This document shows positions 24,882-37,651 of a stretch of 64,000 nucleotides of DNA, in pieces; position 1 is the first letter of the stretch, and every line of letters starts with the position of its first letter. Position numbers and translations under genes: made by a program. Location of the stretch: NCBI RefSeq assembly GCF_947568905.1, contig NC_079171.1, positions 8,866,001-8,930,000 of the forward strand, given 5' to 3'. Under the pieces are notes generated by a model that worked only from the letters and a program-made list of their open reading frames with translations, was not told the origin of the DNA and ran no database searches. This DNA is from Ostrea edulis (Eukaryota).

Positions 24882-24900
24882 TGATTTGTAATTTATAAAG

Positions 24901-26768
24901 ATGGCAACATCACTAGACAGTTCTTCGATGGAGGATGTTACATTGTGTTCTATATGTTTCGAAAAGTTCAAGTCGCCGAGGTTTTTACCGTGTACACATT
25001 CCTTCTGTCGCGGTTGTTTATCTTCCTACATTGTTAATGTGTGTTAATCTACGGAGCCTCGTTTGAGATTTAATTGTCCATTATGCCGCGAGTACATACC
25101 CTGTCCTGGAGCCTTCGATAAGTCAGACGAGTGGGCGGGGCTATTTCCGTTGAATGAAGTTTTAGAGGCAATCGTTCATAAGCCTGATGAGAAACTGTGT
25201 GATCCCTGTTTGCGAGATAACGAAAATGAAAATGCTACGGGGATATGTTTGTCATGTACTGAATATCTATGTAAAATATGCACGAAACATCACAAAAGAC
25301 AACTGCTCTTAAAAGACCATATCGTATGTCAATTGAACGAGATGAAATCCGGTAACGTAATTCCCTCATCAGGAAATACCCACGGTTGCCCTGAACTGAA
25401 GAAACAATCAAATTCTTCTGTAACGATCACCAGCAGTCCTGTTGTTCAGTGTGTATAGGAACAAGTCACAGAAAATGCGAAAGTGTTGATACTGTCGAAG
25501 ATGCGGCCAAAAATATAAAAGAAAATGGCCAACTGGATGTACTTTTTGGTGATGTGAAGAACCTGGAAAAGAAATTGACAAAAGCAAAGAGCGAGCAAGA
25601 GAAGAATGTAGCAGAAATAGAGAACTCAGTGGACGAAATCATAGAGGAAACAGAAAGGGAATTCAAAGAACTTGTTGATCACTTAGAAATGCTGAAGAAC
25701 AGACATTTAGATGAAGTAGCAGGTGCGCTGAAGAAAGGAAGGGGGGAGTTGGGTGATTGTACAAATGTACTTATTGATGGCATACAGTGTACAAATTACT
25801 GCTGCCGGAATATTGAAAGAGCTAAAGAGACAGAGAATGACGCTGAGATGGTAATGACGTATTACAGAGTGAAAGAGAGGCTCTTACAGCTTGAACAGTT
25901 TAAATTCACGAAGAAACAGATAACGATATCTGAAAGAAAGTCACAAGTTCTGAAAGAAGTGAGAAATATGGAATCTTTTGGAGATATTGAATATGCTGAG
26001 TCTGATTTTCGCATCACATACGATGTACATGACATTGCGTTATCTTTAGTTTCTGAATTCAGCATTGATGGAGGAAATCCGAATGTGTGGACTGGGAATT
26101 TTCTGTCGAATGGTAACTTTGTAGTTGCAAATTGCAAATCTAATGGCACTTGTTTTATTTATAACAAAGACTGGAAATCCACGGAAGTCATTGATGGACT
26201 GAGTACCCCTTTTAAAGCAATAAAAGCCGGAGAGGAACTACTGGTGACGTGTTATGGAACGAAATCTATTGAAGTTTATTCTGCGTCTGATTTACATAAA
26301 CTGCGAAGTATCAATATAAACGAATATGTGTATGGAATAACAAAACACAATGGAGCGTGTTATGTAGCATGTGGAAATAAAATCATAAAAATTGATATGT
26401 CCGGTAAAAAACTGAAAGAATATAAAGTTGAATGGGGTACTATTAACATAAGTACAACACAACATGGACACCTTGTGTACAGTAACCATCCCCGTAATAG
26501 AGTAACCGCAATCACTGATCAGGGAGACACCGTCTGGCAGTATACACATCTGAAAATGATAGAACCCCATGGACTTGATGTAGGCTATATCGGTAATATC
26601 TTTGTTGCCGCTAGAGGAAGTGACAATATCCACGTGTTGTCTGGCGCTGGCAGTCTCATTAGGATTATCGAGGATATTCCACAGCCAGTGTTTATTAAAC
26701 TAATGGAGGAGAGGAGTATGTGTTGTGTGTGCAGTGGTTGTAAAATCATGAAAGTGTATAAACTGTAG
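24901..26768 (+). pseudogene. TRIM-c: TRIM pseudogene, closest paralogue of TRIM-b
   Basis: ATG at 24901; TAA at 25045-25047 (AAA in TRIM-b) inside the RING; 4-nt deletion at about 25396-25400 shifts the frame into ORF 25449-26768. Confidence 0.92.
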
Positions 26769-27591
26769 ATTTTCGTAGATTTGTTTTAAAATATTCCATG
26801 AGATAAAATATACCGAAACACAAGCTGTTGGACGATTTGATAAATTCAATTCTAATTGAAAATCAAATATAAAATATGATTTCGTTCGATGACTCACCGT
26901 ATTTTAACTTAATAAAAGTCTTCAGTGTCAACCCACTGGTCTTGGAGCAGGTTGCTGTAGTTGAATGGTTTCACTCAAGGGAGGTCCTTGACTCTATTTT
27001 TTATTCCAGTACCTCGTCAAACCTAAGACTGAATACATCGATAGTGAATCAATATGTATAACCTAAAAGCTAAAATGAGGTTATAAATAATTTACAATGT
27101 TTTCGTCACATACAATATTTCATTTACATGTATTTGTATTTCTGTATATCATGTATGTAGGAAACTCTACTATTTTTGTTTTTTGTTTTTTGTTTTGGTT
27201 GATTCGGTGGTTTGTCAGAAGAAGCGAATAAATTGTCACTGTACATAATCTGCAGTTGTCTGTCTCAGTAAGTAAAAATGATATAAAATACGGATTATGT
27301 ATTTGTTATTCTAAAACAATCAACAATATGTAAAATATATACTAAGGGTAATAATTTCTATTTACTGTATGAAAGGTGAAGATGACAAACAGTGATCATT
27401 CTCATAACTCCCACAAGCAATACAAAAAAGATAGATTGGCAAGCATGGCCCCTGGACACACCAGAAGTGGGATCTGGTGCCTAGGAGGAGTAATCATCCC
27501 CTATCGACCGGTCACACCCGCCGGGAGCCCTATATCCTGATCAGGTAAACGGAGTTATCCGCAGTCAAAATCATTGTACAATTGTATTTGG

Positions 27592-28180
27592 CTATAATGA
27601 CCAAACAATTCTCAATCGACAAGCATTGACCGGTCTTAACCAGTATTGTACATTGTACATTTATTTCCATTGAAATAGGTGTAAGTTTATAACTTGCCTA
27701 CATTTCATATTCTTGTTTTACGTCCCGTATATTGTGACGTCATCAGTTGTAGGGGAAGTAACACACATCTCGATCAATGTTTATCGGTTACGACCGTAGC
27801 AGTGAGGGTTCTTTAACGCCGGGCAATGCCTATCGCGTCGTCTCCATATCCAAAAGATTCGGGACTCTCACTTGTAACCATGGAGCAATTTGCAAAAGAG
27901 CAATCCCTACATGTATTTGAGTGCTAGCCATGACACCAGAGGAGCTCTAACTAACGAATTCACGGTTGCTAACTCTACCTTCGATAAGATTTCTTATATC
28001 AAGTATGAATGCCTATTTATTACATGTACACATTATTTATATTGTAATACATACGGGCTGAATTTTATTATAATCAGTGTTGGCAGAAATGTGGTCAATA
28101 TGAGTATTGACCGCGCCGTTGGTTAATACTGGTTAAAACCGGGCAATGCTTGTCGATTGAAAATTGTTTGGTCATCATAG
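27592..28180. mobile_element. MITE with about 56-bp TIRs
   Basis: 27592-27647 (ctataatgaccaaacaattctcaatcgacaagcattg...aaccagtatt) is the near reverse complement of 28125-28180. Confidence 0.75.
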
Positions 28181-28424
28181 TCTCGTTGTTATTGGTTATT
28201 CTAATTGTTTATGTGGCCATAACGGTAGCTATTGTAATTCATCACATGTACTATGAGTTTATGATATACTTATAAGTCATAATATCAAAAAACATAATGC
28301 AAATGACTCGATTGAGTTGGGGAAGATGCAACGTTATCTGTTCAAATACCTTACCTTTAGCAAGATCTACCTATTGTTTTAAATATTCATTTAATAAATA
28401 AACATTTGAGTGGTGTGTTGGTGA

Positions 28425-28427
<3 letters not shown>

Positions 28428-28485
<58 letters not shown>
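28428..28485. repeat. (GA)29 microsatellite
   Basis: Direct reading. Confidence 0.98.
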
Positions 28486-28487
<2 letters not shown>

Positions 28488-29139
28488 CGATCATATTTAC
28501 ACAATGAATGCCGGTATCATTGGGGAACAGCAAGTATACAATACAGGTATTCTCGCAAAGCTGAACTAACAACTGCCCACATCAAGGAGTATTTGAAATT
28601 CGCTGTAAAATTAGCTAGACATGCAGGGCTGATTGCTTGTAAAGTTGTTAGCCCAGCCAAAGACCTACTAACCCTGAGAAAATAACTAGATATTTAAAAC
28701 TTACTTTTACATGTATTACTACAAGTAAATATCTTCTAATGAAGTACGACGGACCTAATTCGTTTCTAGTTCATTATTTTTATTGAAAATTGATATACAG
28801 TTGAATATGCAGTAAAATATACTAAATTGATGAGATCTGTCCATTTTGTTACAGGTACAATAATTTCATTTAGCGGAAATTTTATCACGTCCGATCGACT
28901 GTCTATACCAATAAATTTATTCGCCCATGGTAAAATCCATGCATCTCGGGCGGTCGTGTGTATGGTTATGTCGAACACTACAACGGGCTGAAAACTCTAA
29001 ATTCTATAAGAACAAGAGAGTGAAGTTGGTTCGAAAATTAGAAAAAGTAACAGACGTTTAAAGTGAATCTGTAATACAAGTTAAAAATAAGCATAGCTTT
29101 AAAATGCGGTAATGTTTTCGAGGAGTTTTTTGGTGGTTA

Positions 29140-29790
29140 CCTGTAAAGTGCGAAACGAAATCGAAACGAAACGAAACGAAATCTACCGAAACGAAACCCA
29201 CCGAAACGAAACGGAATAGATAGTATAACCGAACTCTTTTAATTATAATAATTAAAAATGGTATATTGGGCTCCTGTGAAAGTTGCCACGTATAAGTGAA
29301 ATTCGCCTCCACTTTGGTGTAGGCTTTCGGCTTGACTGATACAAAGTTTTAAAAGTTGGAAGGGGGGAGTAAATACCAAGTATTTGACTTTAGAGCAAAA
29401 AATACTGAAACATGTATTTATGCCCAAAGGCGGATCCAACGCCGCAGTAAGTGTGTTTCACCGGACCTCTGAGATGATAACCCTCCGTTCTGAAATTTAT
29501 GGATTTGAAACTAATTGCACAATGAATTTAATAAACTTCGGATATGTACTTTGTGCTCACTCACCCCCTTTCCAACTTTTCAAACTTTGTATCAGTCAAA
29601 CCGAAAGCCTACATCAAAGGGGATGCTAATTTTATTTATATGTGGTAACTTTCACAGGGGCTTAAGATACCATTTTTATTATTACAATTAAAAGAGCTCG
29701 GTTATGCAACCTGTTTTGTTTCGTTTCGGTGGATTTCGTTTAGTTTCGGTATATTTCCTTTCGTTTCGATTTCGTTTCGCACTTTACAGG
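29140..29790. mobile_element. Foldback MITE with about 250-bp inverted arms and TA flanks
   Basis: TA|CCTGTAAAGTGCGAAACGAAATCGAAACG...CGTTTCGATTTCGTTTCGCACTTTACAGG|TA; inner arms are also complementary. Confidence 0.85.
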
Positions 29791-31609
29791 TACCCGTTGT
29801 TTGGTTGGGAAAGTGAGCATTTCCATGTGTTTGTAAGGGGAGGGGGGGGGGCAAATAAACATAAATATAGTGTAAGATAGGTACAACTTTGGTTGCATTT
29901 CTGCTTAGAATATCAAAACCTGATTAAACTATATGAAACTAAACATTCAACCTTAATGGGATTCATAAATTAAATTATACTATAACATTGGTTAATTCAT
30001 TGCTACTACGATCATGCGATGGCAAAAGAAGAAAAGAATTTCAATCATTAGCCGTGCAAAACGAATAAGATGTATAGGTCAATAAATGTACACATTCATA
30101 TAAGTTAAGAATTTCCCCTTAAAAACCAGGAGTCAATAACGTTGTTTTGGGGTTCTTTTTTAAGTATGCATGAAAAGTAAATGAATGACATCGTTGAATG
30201 ACGTTGCGATTATTTAATTGTAACATTGTTTGTTAAAAACTGCTGTTTTGATGGATTTCTTCTCTTTTTAAAATCAAACTTTGGTATCTCTTTCTTTATA
30301 AAACGAACTCGACACCCCCCCCCCCCCAAGGTAAAAAAAAATTCGCTTTGATACTAATATTAACAAAATTAACAGCACCCACATTCTGTCTATTTTAAGT
30401 TGAATCATGCAATGAATAAAGTCAATCACTTATGTTCTATATAATTCAATGGAAAACAGTGTCACTGCCGTTAAAACAATGGTATGTTGAAACCGGAATT
30501 ACTAAAAAAAAAAAAAGCTGTGCTGTTGAATGAAAAACAATTTTCACAGAATTGCATATACATTGTCAAGATACATCGGTCAAATTTTCAGGTGGGGTTT
30601 TCGAGTGAGTAAAAAAGGTCTAAATCCGCGGCCTACGTTAAATCGCCGGGTTTTGATTGATACAAAAACAAGCAAGTAAATCAGCATTCAAGAAGAATGG
30701 AAATACAAAAACTGGTTATCATCTCACTGAATTGCGTTGCTTACACGTTGACGATGCGGTGTTAAAATACCATTTTTCTGTTCACAAACTTCTCAATATC
30801 ACAAAGCTGTAAAAAGGCGCCAGGAACATTTTTCTTGTCTCTAAATATTATGGGCAGCACTAAACGCCGCCATGGTGCCGTTTTGCAGTACTAAAATGTT
30901 AAAGAGTCCATATCTGCAGTGATATACAATATTCGTTTTCAAAATTTTAACATCTTTGAATCAAGAGCTATCAGAATATACGTAGGTGTACAAGTTGATA
31001 CGACGAAAACTATTTATAAAGCGTCCAGGAACGAGGAACGAGGCGGCGGATTGAACTAATAACATATAACTTTTAAAGGAGTCCTTGTATGTCTTTATTT
31101 GGTAATCAAATAATCCATTTTTGGACCACGGACTATCAGTTTGGGTGATGTAATGAAGAACAAATGAGGGGATGTTGTGCCGAAATACACTGCAGTCCTA
31201 TAATAATTCACATGCATGGTCTGAAATATTCATTCTTGTGTCCATGTTGATTGGCTCATCTTGTGGCTACACAGTATTTACGACATTGGTACATTTTACA
31301 TGCCTTGATGTATGAATTCATAGAAAACAATCTACGCGCTTTAAAGACCAGGGGCGCGTTTTACAAAAGAACTTACGACTTACGACAAAACTTTACATAC
31401 TGGAATTTTCAGGTTTATTGTCAGGTCATTCACTCCAACTGCAAAATATTTTTTCTAAATGTTGAAAATTAAGCCTCAGAAAAGTTTTACTTCATTCACT
31501 TAAAGTAATAAATGTGTAATACAATTTAAGACTTGCGACTTTGCCGTAAGTTGATTTGTAAAACGTAGCACAGAGTATTGAATCTATCGTACGGATATAT
31601 AAATTTATA

Positions 31610-31790
31610 TGTGTAACGTGCAACGCCTACCGTGATACGGACCTCCGTTTTAAGGTCATGTCGGAGAGATCCGTGGTCCTTCTTAATGCAGAACGTTTTG
31701 GGAAAGAGCAGGCATCATCTATGTTTACGTCTTGGGCTTGACTTCCCGGTTACGAAGTGAAAGCTCTACCACTGAGCTACTACGACCGGT
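31610..31790 (-). mobile_element. Degenerate tRNA-derived SINE (reverse)
   Basis: Reverse strand begins ccggtcgTAGTAGCTCAGTGGTAGAGC; body resembles the 20769 SINE. Confidence 0.55.
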
Positions 31791-32739
31791 ATCAAATCGA
31801 TTTTCTCATAAGATACACAATATTGCTTTAAAAACTATATTACATAGAATGTCTTAGATATATATTGATCAATCAAATTCGTCGGGAAATTCAGAAAACC
31901 CGTGCTTGCGTCTCATACTTCTTTCGCGTTTCACAAGTGGGTCTAGAGTGTTGAAATTGATAAAATTATGTACGAATTACATGTGAAAGGTGATATAAAG
32001 GACTAGGTGTATTTATCAAAAAGCATGCTTTCGGGAAATAGTTACTATCTACCAAACAAATGAAGTAGGCAAAGACATGAAATGACAGAGAAAGATGAGT
32101 TTGAATCAGTGACTTGAACACTGTAGACCCACCCATGACACGTGAAGTGCACAGGTACCGGTTTCTGAAATTCGGTGACAAATGTGATTGATCACGATGA
32201 ATGTACGATAACGTTTGCAATAGGATTTTTTCAGAATTATTGTATGTTTTATTGCCAATGTGTATTTAGAGGGTTCTACGAAATGAGAATTCAGAATCGG
32301 ATATGAAGCCATATGAAGTCTAGGTGTTGTACAAGTAATCGTATCTAATCCCAACAATGGGAACGTATTACAAATATAAGTATAATACACACACTTGAAC
32401 ACCAAATCAAGATGAGGGGATGGGGGCTAACAATAATAGGGGAGACAATGCCAAATGTGTGTCCGTTACAGGTGTCCGAATCGATTTTGAGAAGGGATTG
32501 AACTAATTTACTGCATCAACATCAATGTAAATATTGAAGTATATTACGGACCTTTCCACCTGTGTTTAAGAACGAATTCTACCACCACTTTTTGTTCATC
32601 CTAAAGTTATTGACAGTGTTTAAGAGATAATGACCTCCTCAAAGGTGTCACAGTAGACATTAGTAAGATGAAGGCGACTCGCCCCTACTGTCATGGATAC
32701 CTTGTATGGCATTGTAAACACGTCAAACTATATTACCGA

Positions 32740-33275
32740 AGTCATCTTCACAAGTCAACGGTTATCGATTCGTTACCTCGCACCACAGGGGCTTTGCGCG
32801 TTTTTTGGGCCCAAAAGAAGAGTTTGGGCCCAAATCGGGCTTAGCTTCTATGCTTCGCACTAACCCTTGACATCAGTCGCTATATAAAAGGTGGGCTCAT
32901 TTAGATCATTACACAACCCACTATAGAAAAACATCCCATGAAATCATTGCATCTTGTTATCGTGTACATGGATACAAATGACGCAATCTCATACTGCTGT
33001 ATTGATTGTAATATTTACACCACTAATTATGTTTATTGATTGTACATCAAGTTTTAAAATCTTTTCGCATAAGACAATATTGCTTAAAACGCACAATACA
33101 CAGGTTTTTATTTGAATCTCTCGCTTCGCGTTGCTATAAATAGAACCGCATTCTCATTGGTTCCCACTCTTGTGTGGAAACAATCAGAACAACCCCAACT
33201 TTTTGATAAGCACTGATGTTAAAGGGTTAGTGCGAGGTATTGAATCAATAACCCTTGACTTGTGAAGATGTACCG
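32740..33275. repeat. Inverted repeat pair (MITE-like); left arm interrupted by about 70 bp
   Basis: catcttcacaagtcaa.ggtta..gattc..tacctcgcac[..]taaccctt.acatcag is reverse complementary to about 33205-33275. Confidence 0.6.
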
Positions 33276-33440
33276 AAGTTAGCAGTGTCTTTATATGCGT
33301 GAAAGCCGGTGGGTGCCAGGGTATATAATTAATATGCATTGATCTTGCGGTCAATACTTAATTCATATAGCGACCGCTACTTAATCTACCAGACGAGTGT
33401 CGGTGATTAAATTAATATTCTTTAGTTATTATGATACTGA

Positions 33441-33603
33441 NNNNNNNNNNNNNNNNNNNNNNNNNNNNNNNNNNNNNNNNNNNNNNNNNNNNNNNNNNNN
33501 NNNNNNNNNNNNNNNNNNNNNNNNNNNNNNNNNNNNNNNNNNNNNNNNNNNNNNNNNNNNNNNNNNNNNNNNNNNNNNNNNNNNNNNNNNNNNNNNNNNN
33601 NNN
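33441..33603. other. Assembly gap (163 N)
   Basis: Run of n characters. Confidence 1.
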
Positions 33604-36589
33604 AATTACTGTAACCGAAACCGATTGTGTTGTTAGTTCACAACGTTATATGAATACCCATATCAAATGTCGACAAATATTTTCGCGCACGAAAAAATCT
33701 TACGGAGTACTTTATAGACTAACGTATTGTGTACATGGAACTAAATGGCTGTCCTCAACCTTTTGACAAGGTTTATTTTTCGTTATTTTACATGCAAATT
33801 GTGTTATTTTTACAGGCAAAATAAGATAAATGGTGGAGTTAGCCACCACTCCACTCATTTGATGGTACTAATGAAAATTAAATATTCAACCTTGACTGAA
33901 CTGATGAATTGAAAGACGAAGGGAGCTGACCTCCAATCAATTTAGGAGTATAAAGCTTGGACAAAAGAGAGATTTTGAGATTTTAGTTATGCTTTGTTAG
34001 CAATTCTAGAAGACAAATTCTCCTCCGGCTGTCCCAAAGCTTTAACAACTGATGCTACGAGTCTGTGGACTATTTTCAACTCTTACAAAACTAATAACTC
34101 AGTAGTACGAAGGTGTTTTTTTAATAGACAGCCGGCATGTATAAATTAAGGGACGGCTGCCATACAATTTAAGTGGTCACTGGTTAGATAAATGACGGTC
34201 GCAAATTAAACCATGTGCCAACCGCCAGATCAATTAAGTGGCAGTTACCAGTTACATTAAGTTGGCGAAAACTCATAATATTGGATGTATAGAAATATAG
34301 AAACATACATATGGTTTGTTGTTGTGATGAGATTATTTTATTTCATTGATTAATGAATTTAAAGAGTTGACTTTGTATTGATTGATTCAATAAACAAGCT
34401 GTTGTTGTGTTTGACCATACACCCGATCCTACCCTGGCGTGTCCAGGGGTCCGTGTTTGCCCAACTCTATATTTTATATTCCTTATAAGAGTGATGAGAT
34501 TGATCAATGTTCGTTATCTACACCTTTTCATTTAAAAACTTTAACAATAATAATTCCTTCTTAAATCGCATGGCATCAGCCATTTTCCGAGGTGCGTTAT
34601 TGTTAATCAGGTTTGCCATTAGATAACTGTTTCACTCCTGAGTTTATTGGATGTTTGTATTGTCATTCATGTATTGTGATAATCTTTTTTTTTTTACCTC
34701 TGATAACTGTGAATTAATAATGTAACAGAAATTAACTGCTTCACCTTCGGAAAATCCACAGCTCTATTTAATTTTCATTATTTAAATTCCGTGTCTCTAT
34801 CTAAACTCCACAGCTCTATTTAATTTTCTCTATTCAAATTCTGGATTTCTATTTGAATCCCACAGTTCTATTTAATTTTCACAATCTAAATCCCGCATCT
34901 CTATCTAAATGTCACTGTTATATTCAAATTCCACAGCTCCATTATTTAGAATGGCACGGCCCTATTTAATTTAATTGATTATGCTTTATGCTTATTATAC
35001 GTTAAATATTTTCAGCAGGACTTGACACAAACAATTAAATGAACGTGTGGATGTCTGATGATGCCTGGACAGGTAATAAAGCTATTAGTGGGTTGTATTT
35101 ATTTATTCATTTCTTTTTTGTAATATACACAAACAGTACATTTCATAAGAAATACTGTTTATAACATGGCTACAGTGTTCTCAGTTTTGCATTTTAACTC
35201 GGACCCTGGTCAACAGGACCGGTCACCAGGTAGAGTTACCGGTCCTGCACCAAAATTGTTCGTCCTACTCGCGACTCAAAATATGAAATATGTGCTGTAT
35301 AACTTGTCAATCTTTCGCATTATCATTTTTTCATATGGCTGAATCAAATAAAATTATCTCCATTTTCCAAAATTCTTCTTTCAAAAATGATAAGAGTGGT
35401 CAGCTCAAGGCCATTAATAATTACATCAATCTCTTTGAAAAACTCTGGAAGTTTACAACTACATGTAGAATATAATTATATTCATTATAAGAGTCATAAT
35501 ACCTTCTGTTTTAAACTGGAGACACATAAAATCGTGTTTCAAAGGAGAGTGGGGAATGGGGAAGTCGGAAACTTTGCCTGCTTAAAATTCCTTATAAACA
35601 ATTAAAAATGGCCGAGTTTCGAAATCTTAAATTGTGGGCGCATGGGATGGGGAAATAAAGGGGATTTGAAGACTTCATGAACTAAAACAGCTAAAATTTT
35701 ACCTGAATATCATACTATTTCAGTGTAAATGAAATTATACATTTTCTAAAAGAAAATGATATAGCTTAATTATCTTTGCATTTTGCTGATAAACAAAAAT
35801 AATGGAGCGATAAGCATTATTGAGTAAACACGACAAGTCGACAGTAATTACGGACACTTGCAGGTTGCTCGATAGATAATGCACAGATGTTAGAAATAAC
35901 TTGTGTACGTGGTCAGTGGGTAAGGATGCACTAACTGACCACCGGGGTCAGTTCAGAAATAAGTAGCTTCTCACATAGAGTCAGGGAGATGAGGATGCTG
36001 AATTCCCATATTAGGATAAGCGTTATTTAAGAATAATAATAGGTGGAATAAAAACGCGCGCAAGGCGAACAGTCGTCAGAATTCCTTGGCTAAATTCTGA
36101 CGAAGTCTTGCTGTTTTTAGGTGCTGAGGACGCTATACATCAAAGTTAACGGGTTAGACTTTTCGCATTCGAATTGAGATTGGTTCAGTGGTCATCGCTA
36201 AAGGAATTTATTTAGTTTATAATCCATAAAGGGAGACTGAACTTGTATTAATTCCATTGACCTAAGACCCTCTAATTATAAAGAATACCCAGAATACAGA
36301 AAATTCATAAATATCATAACAAGAGAATAAACGCTATTATATAAACTTCAAATCCTCAAATCAGTGGCGAAGGGGTTGGGGGTACTCAGACTTCGCTACA
36401 TGGGTTAAATTCATAACTTTCCAGCACATATTATCATTCACTACTGCCATCAAAATATGGAATTTGGAGACTAGAGGTAGCAGTCCCAATACATCTTTAT
36501 TTCCTATGTAGGGGAAAAAGATTTGAAATTTCAATTTATACTTTAAAAATAAACAATTTTGATTGTGCTCTTTCTAACTGTAGAATAGA

Positions 36590-36830
36590 TCCCCAGTATC
36601 CCTTGCTTGTCGTAAGAGGCGACTAAATGGGGCGGTCCTTCGGATGAGACCGCAAAAACCGAGGCGCCGTGTCACAGCAGGTATGGCACAATAAAGATCC
36701 CTCCCTGCGCAAAAACTGTAATCGCCGAGCATAAACCTAAATTTTGCAACACTTCACCGGCAGTGGTGACGTCTCCATATGAGTGAAATATTCTCGAGAG
36801 GACGTTAAACAATATTTAATCAATCAATCA
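36590..36830 (+). mobile_element. 5'-truncated SINE sharing its central domain and tail with the 20769 SINE
   Basis: cccttgcttgtcgtaagaggcgactaaa...gtgtcacagcaggtatggcac.ataaagatccctccctg...ggtgacgtctccatatgagtgaaa...(AATC)n; it splits block W from block X. Confidence 0.8.
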
Positions 36831-37617
36831 GTCTAACTGATCTTGCTATTTAAATCAATATGAATATTTGCTCCTGGGTTAATGTTAGAAGTGGAAGTAT
36901 TTGTTTTTGTGCAATAGGGAAGCTCCACCTCAATGCAATTTTGTACACCCACATTCTGTCTTTAAAATGAAGGAATTTGTCATTTCGTTCTCCGGTTCGA
37001 GATGAGTTCTTATTCAGCCGAACACTTATCTAATCTATGTGTGCCTGTTATGTACATGTATGTTTCTCCTTAACCACAGGGTCACAGTCAGATAATTTTA
37101 TAAACTTAAAGCATTTAGGCACGGATCTAGTAAAAATCAATTTCAGGAAGCGAACTCCTCCATCTAAAAAAAAAATCATAATTGAAATTGAATAGTTTGC
37201 GAATAAATCTAGTGTTTCTAATTTTGGAATATCAATACATTAATCAACTGTCACCCACGTATCACCGTGTTAAATCATTCTTTATATAAATAGAAACCAA
37301 ACCTTAACCAGCACCCCGCCCCAAAAAAGGATTAGGCATATTTATGTCCCACATAGCTTTCCATGTCTCTGAATATTCTGCCTACGTCACAGTTTTGTCC
37401 CGTTTCTGAAGACATTTTCAGTGTGTGTTTTCTGCACGTCGATGTTGCGGACATTGTATTCTCTATATCTACACGGACAGTGAAATTTATGATTTATGTG
37501 CTTTTTGGCATGACAACGTCGACCATCGACTCTTCATTTACAGATGTAAACATAATGTGTTCCATTTGTTTCGAAAAAGAAGTTGAACGCCGAGGTTACG
37601 ACAAATTCGTCGAATTT

Positions 37618-37634
37618 GAAATGAAACCGAAAGT
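37618..37634 (+). promoter_or_regulatory. IRF-binding element / ISRE upstream of TRIM-d
   Basis: GAAATGAAACCGAAAGT, 17 nt before ATG 37652. Confidence 0.65.
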
Positions 37635-37651
37635 TGATTTGTAATATAAAG

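Noticed and set aside
24868-24891. MKPKVDL peptide as a conserved coding uORF or N-terminal extension
   Set aside because: Its frame relative to the main ATG differs among copies and its ATG is missing in TRIM-e; conservation is better explained by the overlapping IRF site
28387-28572. SL-repeat protein ORF
   Set aside because: Translation of the (GA)n microsatellite
33397-33766. ORFs spanning the N run
   Set aside because: Artefacts of the assembly gap
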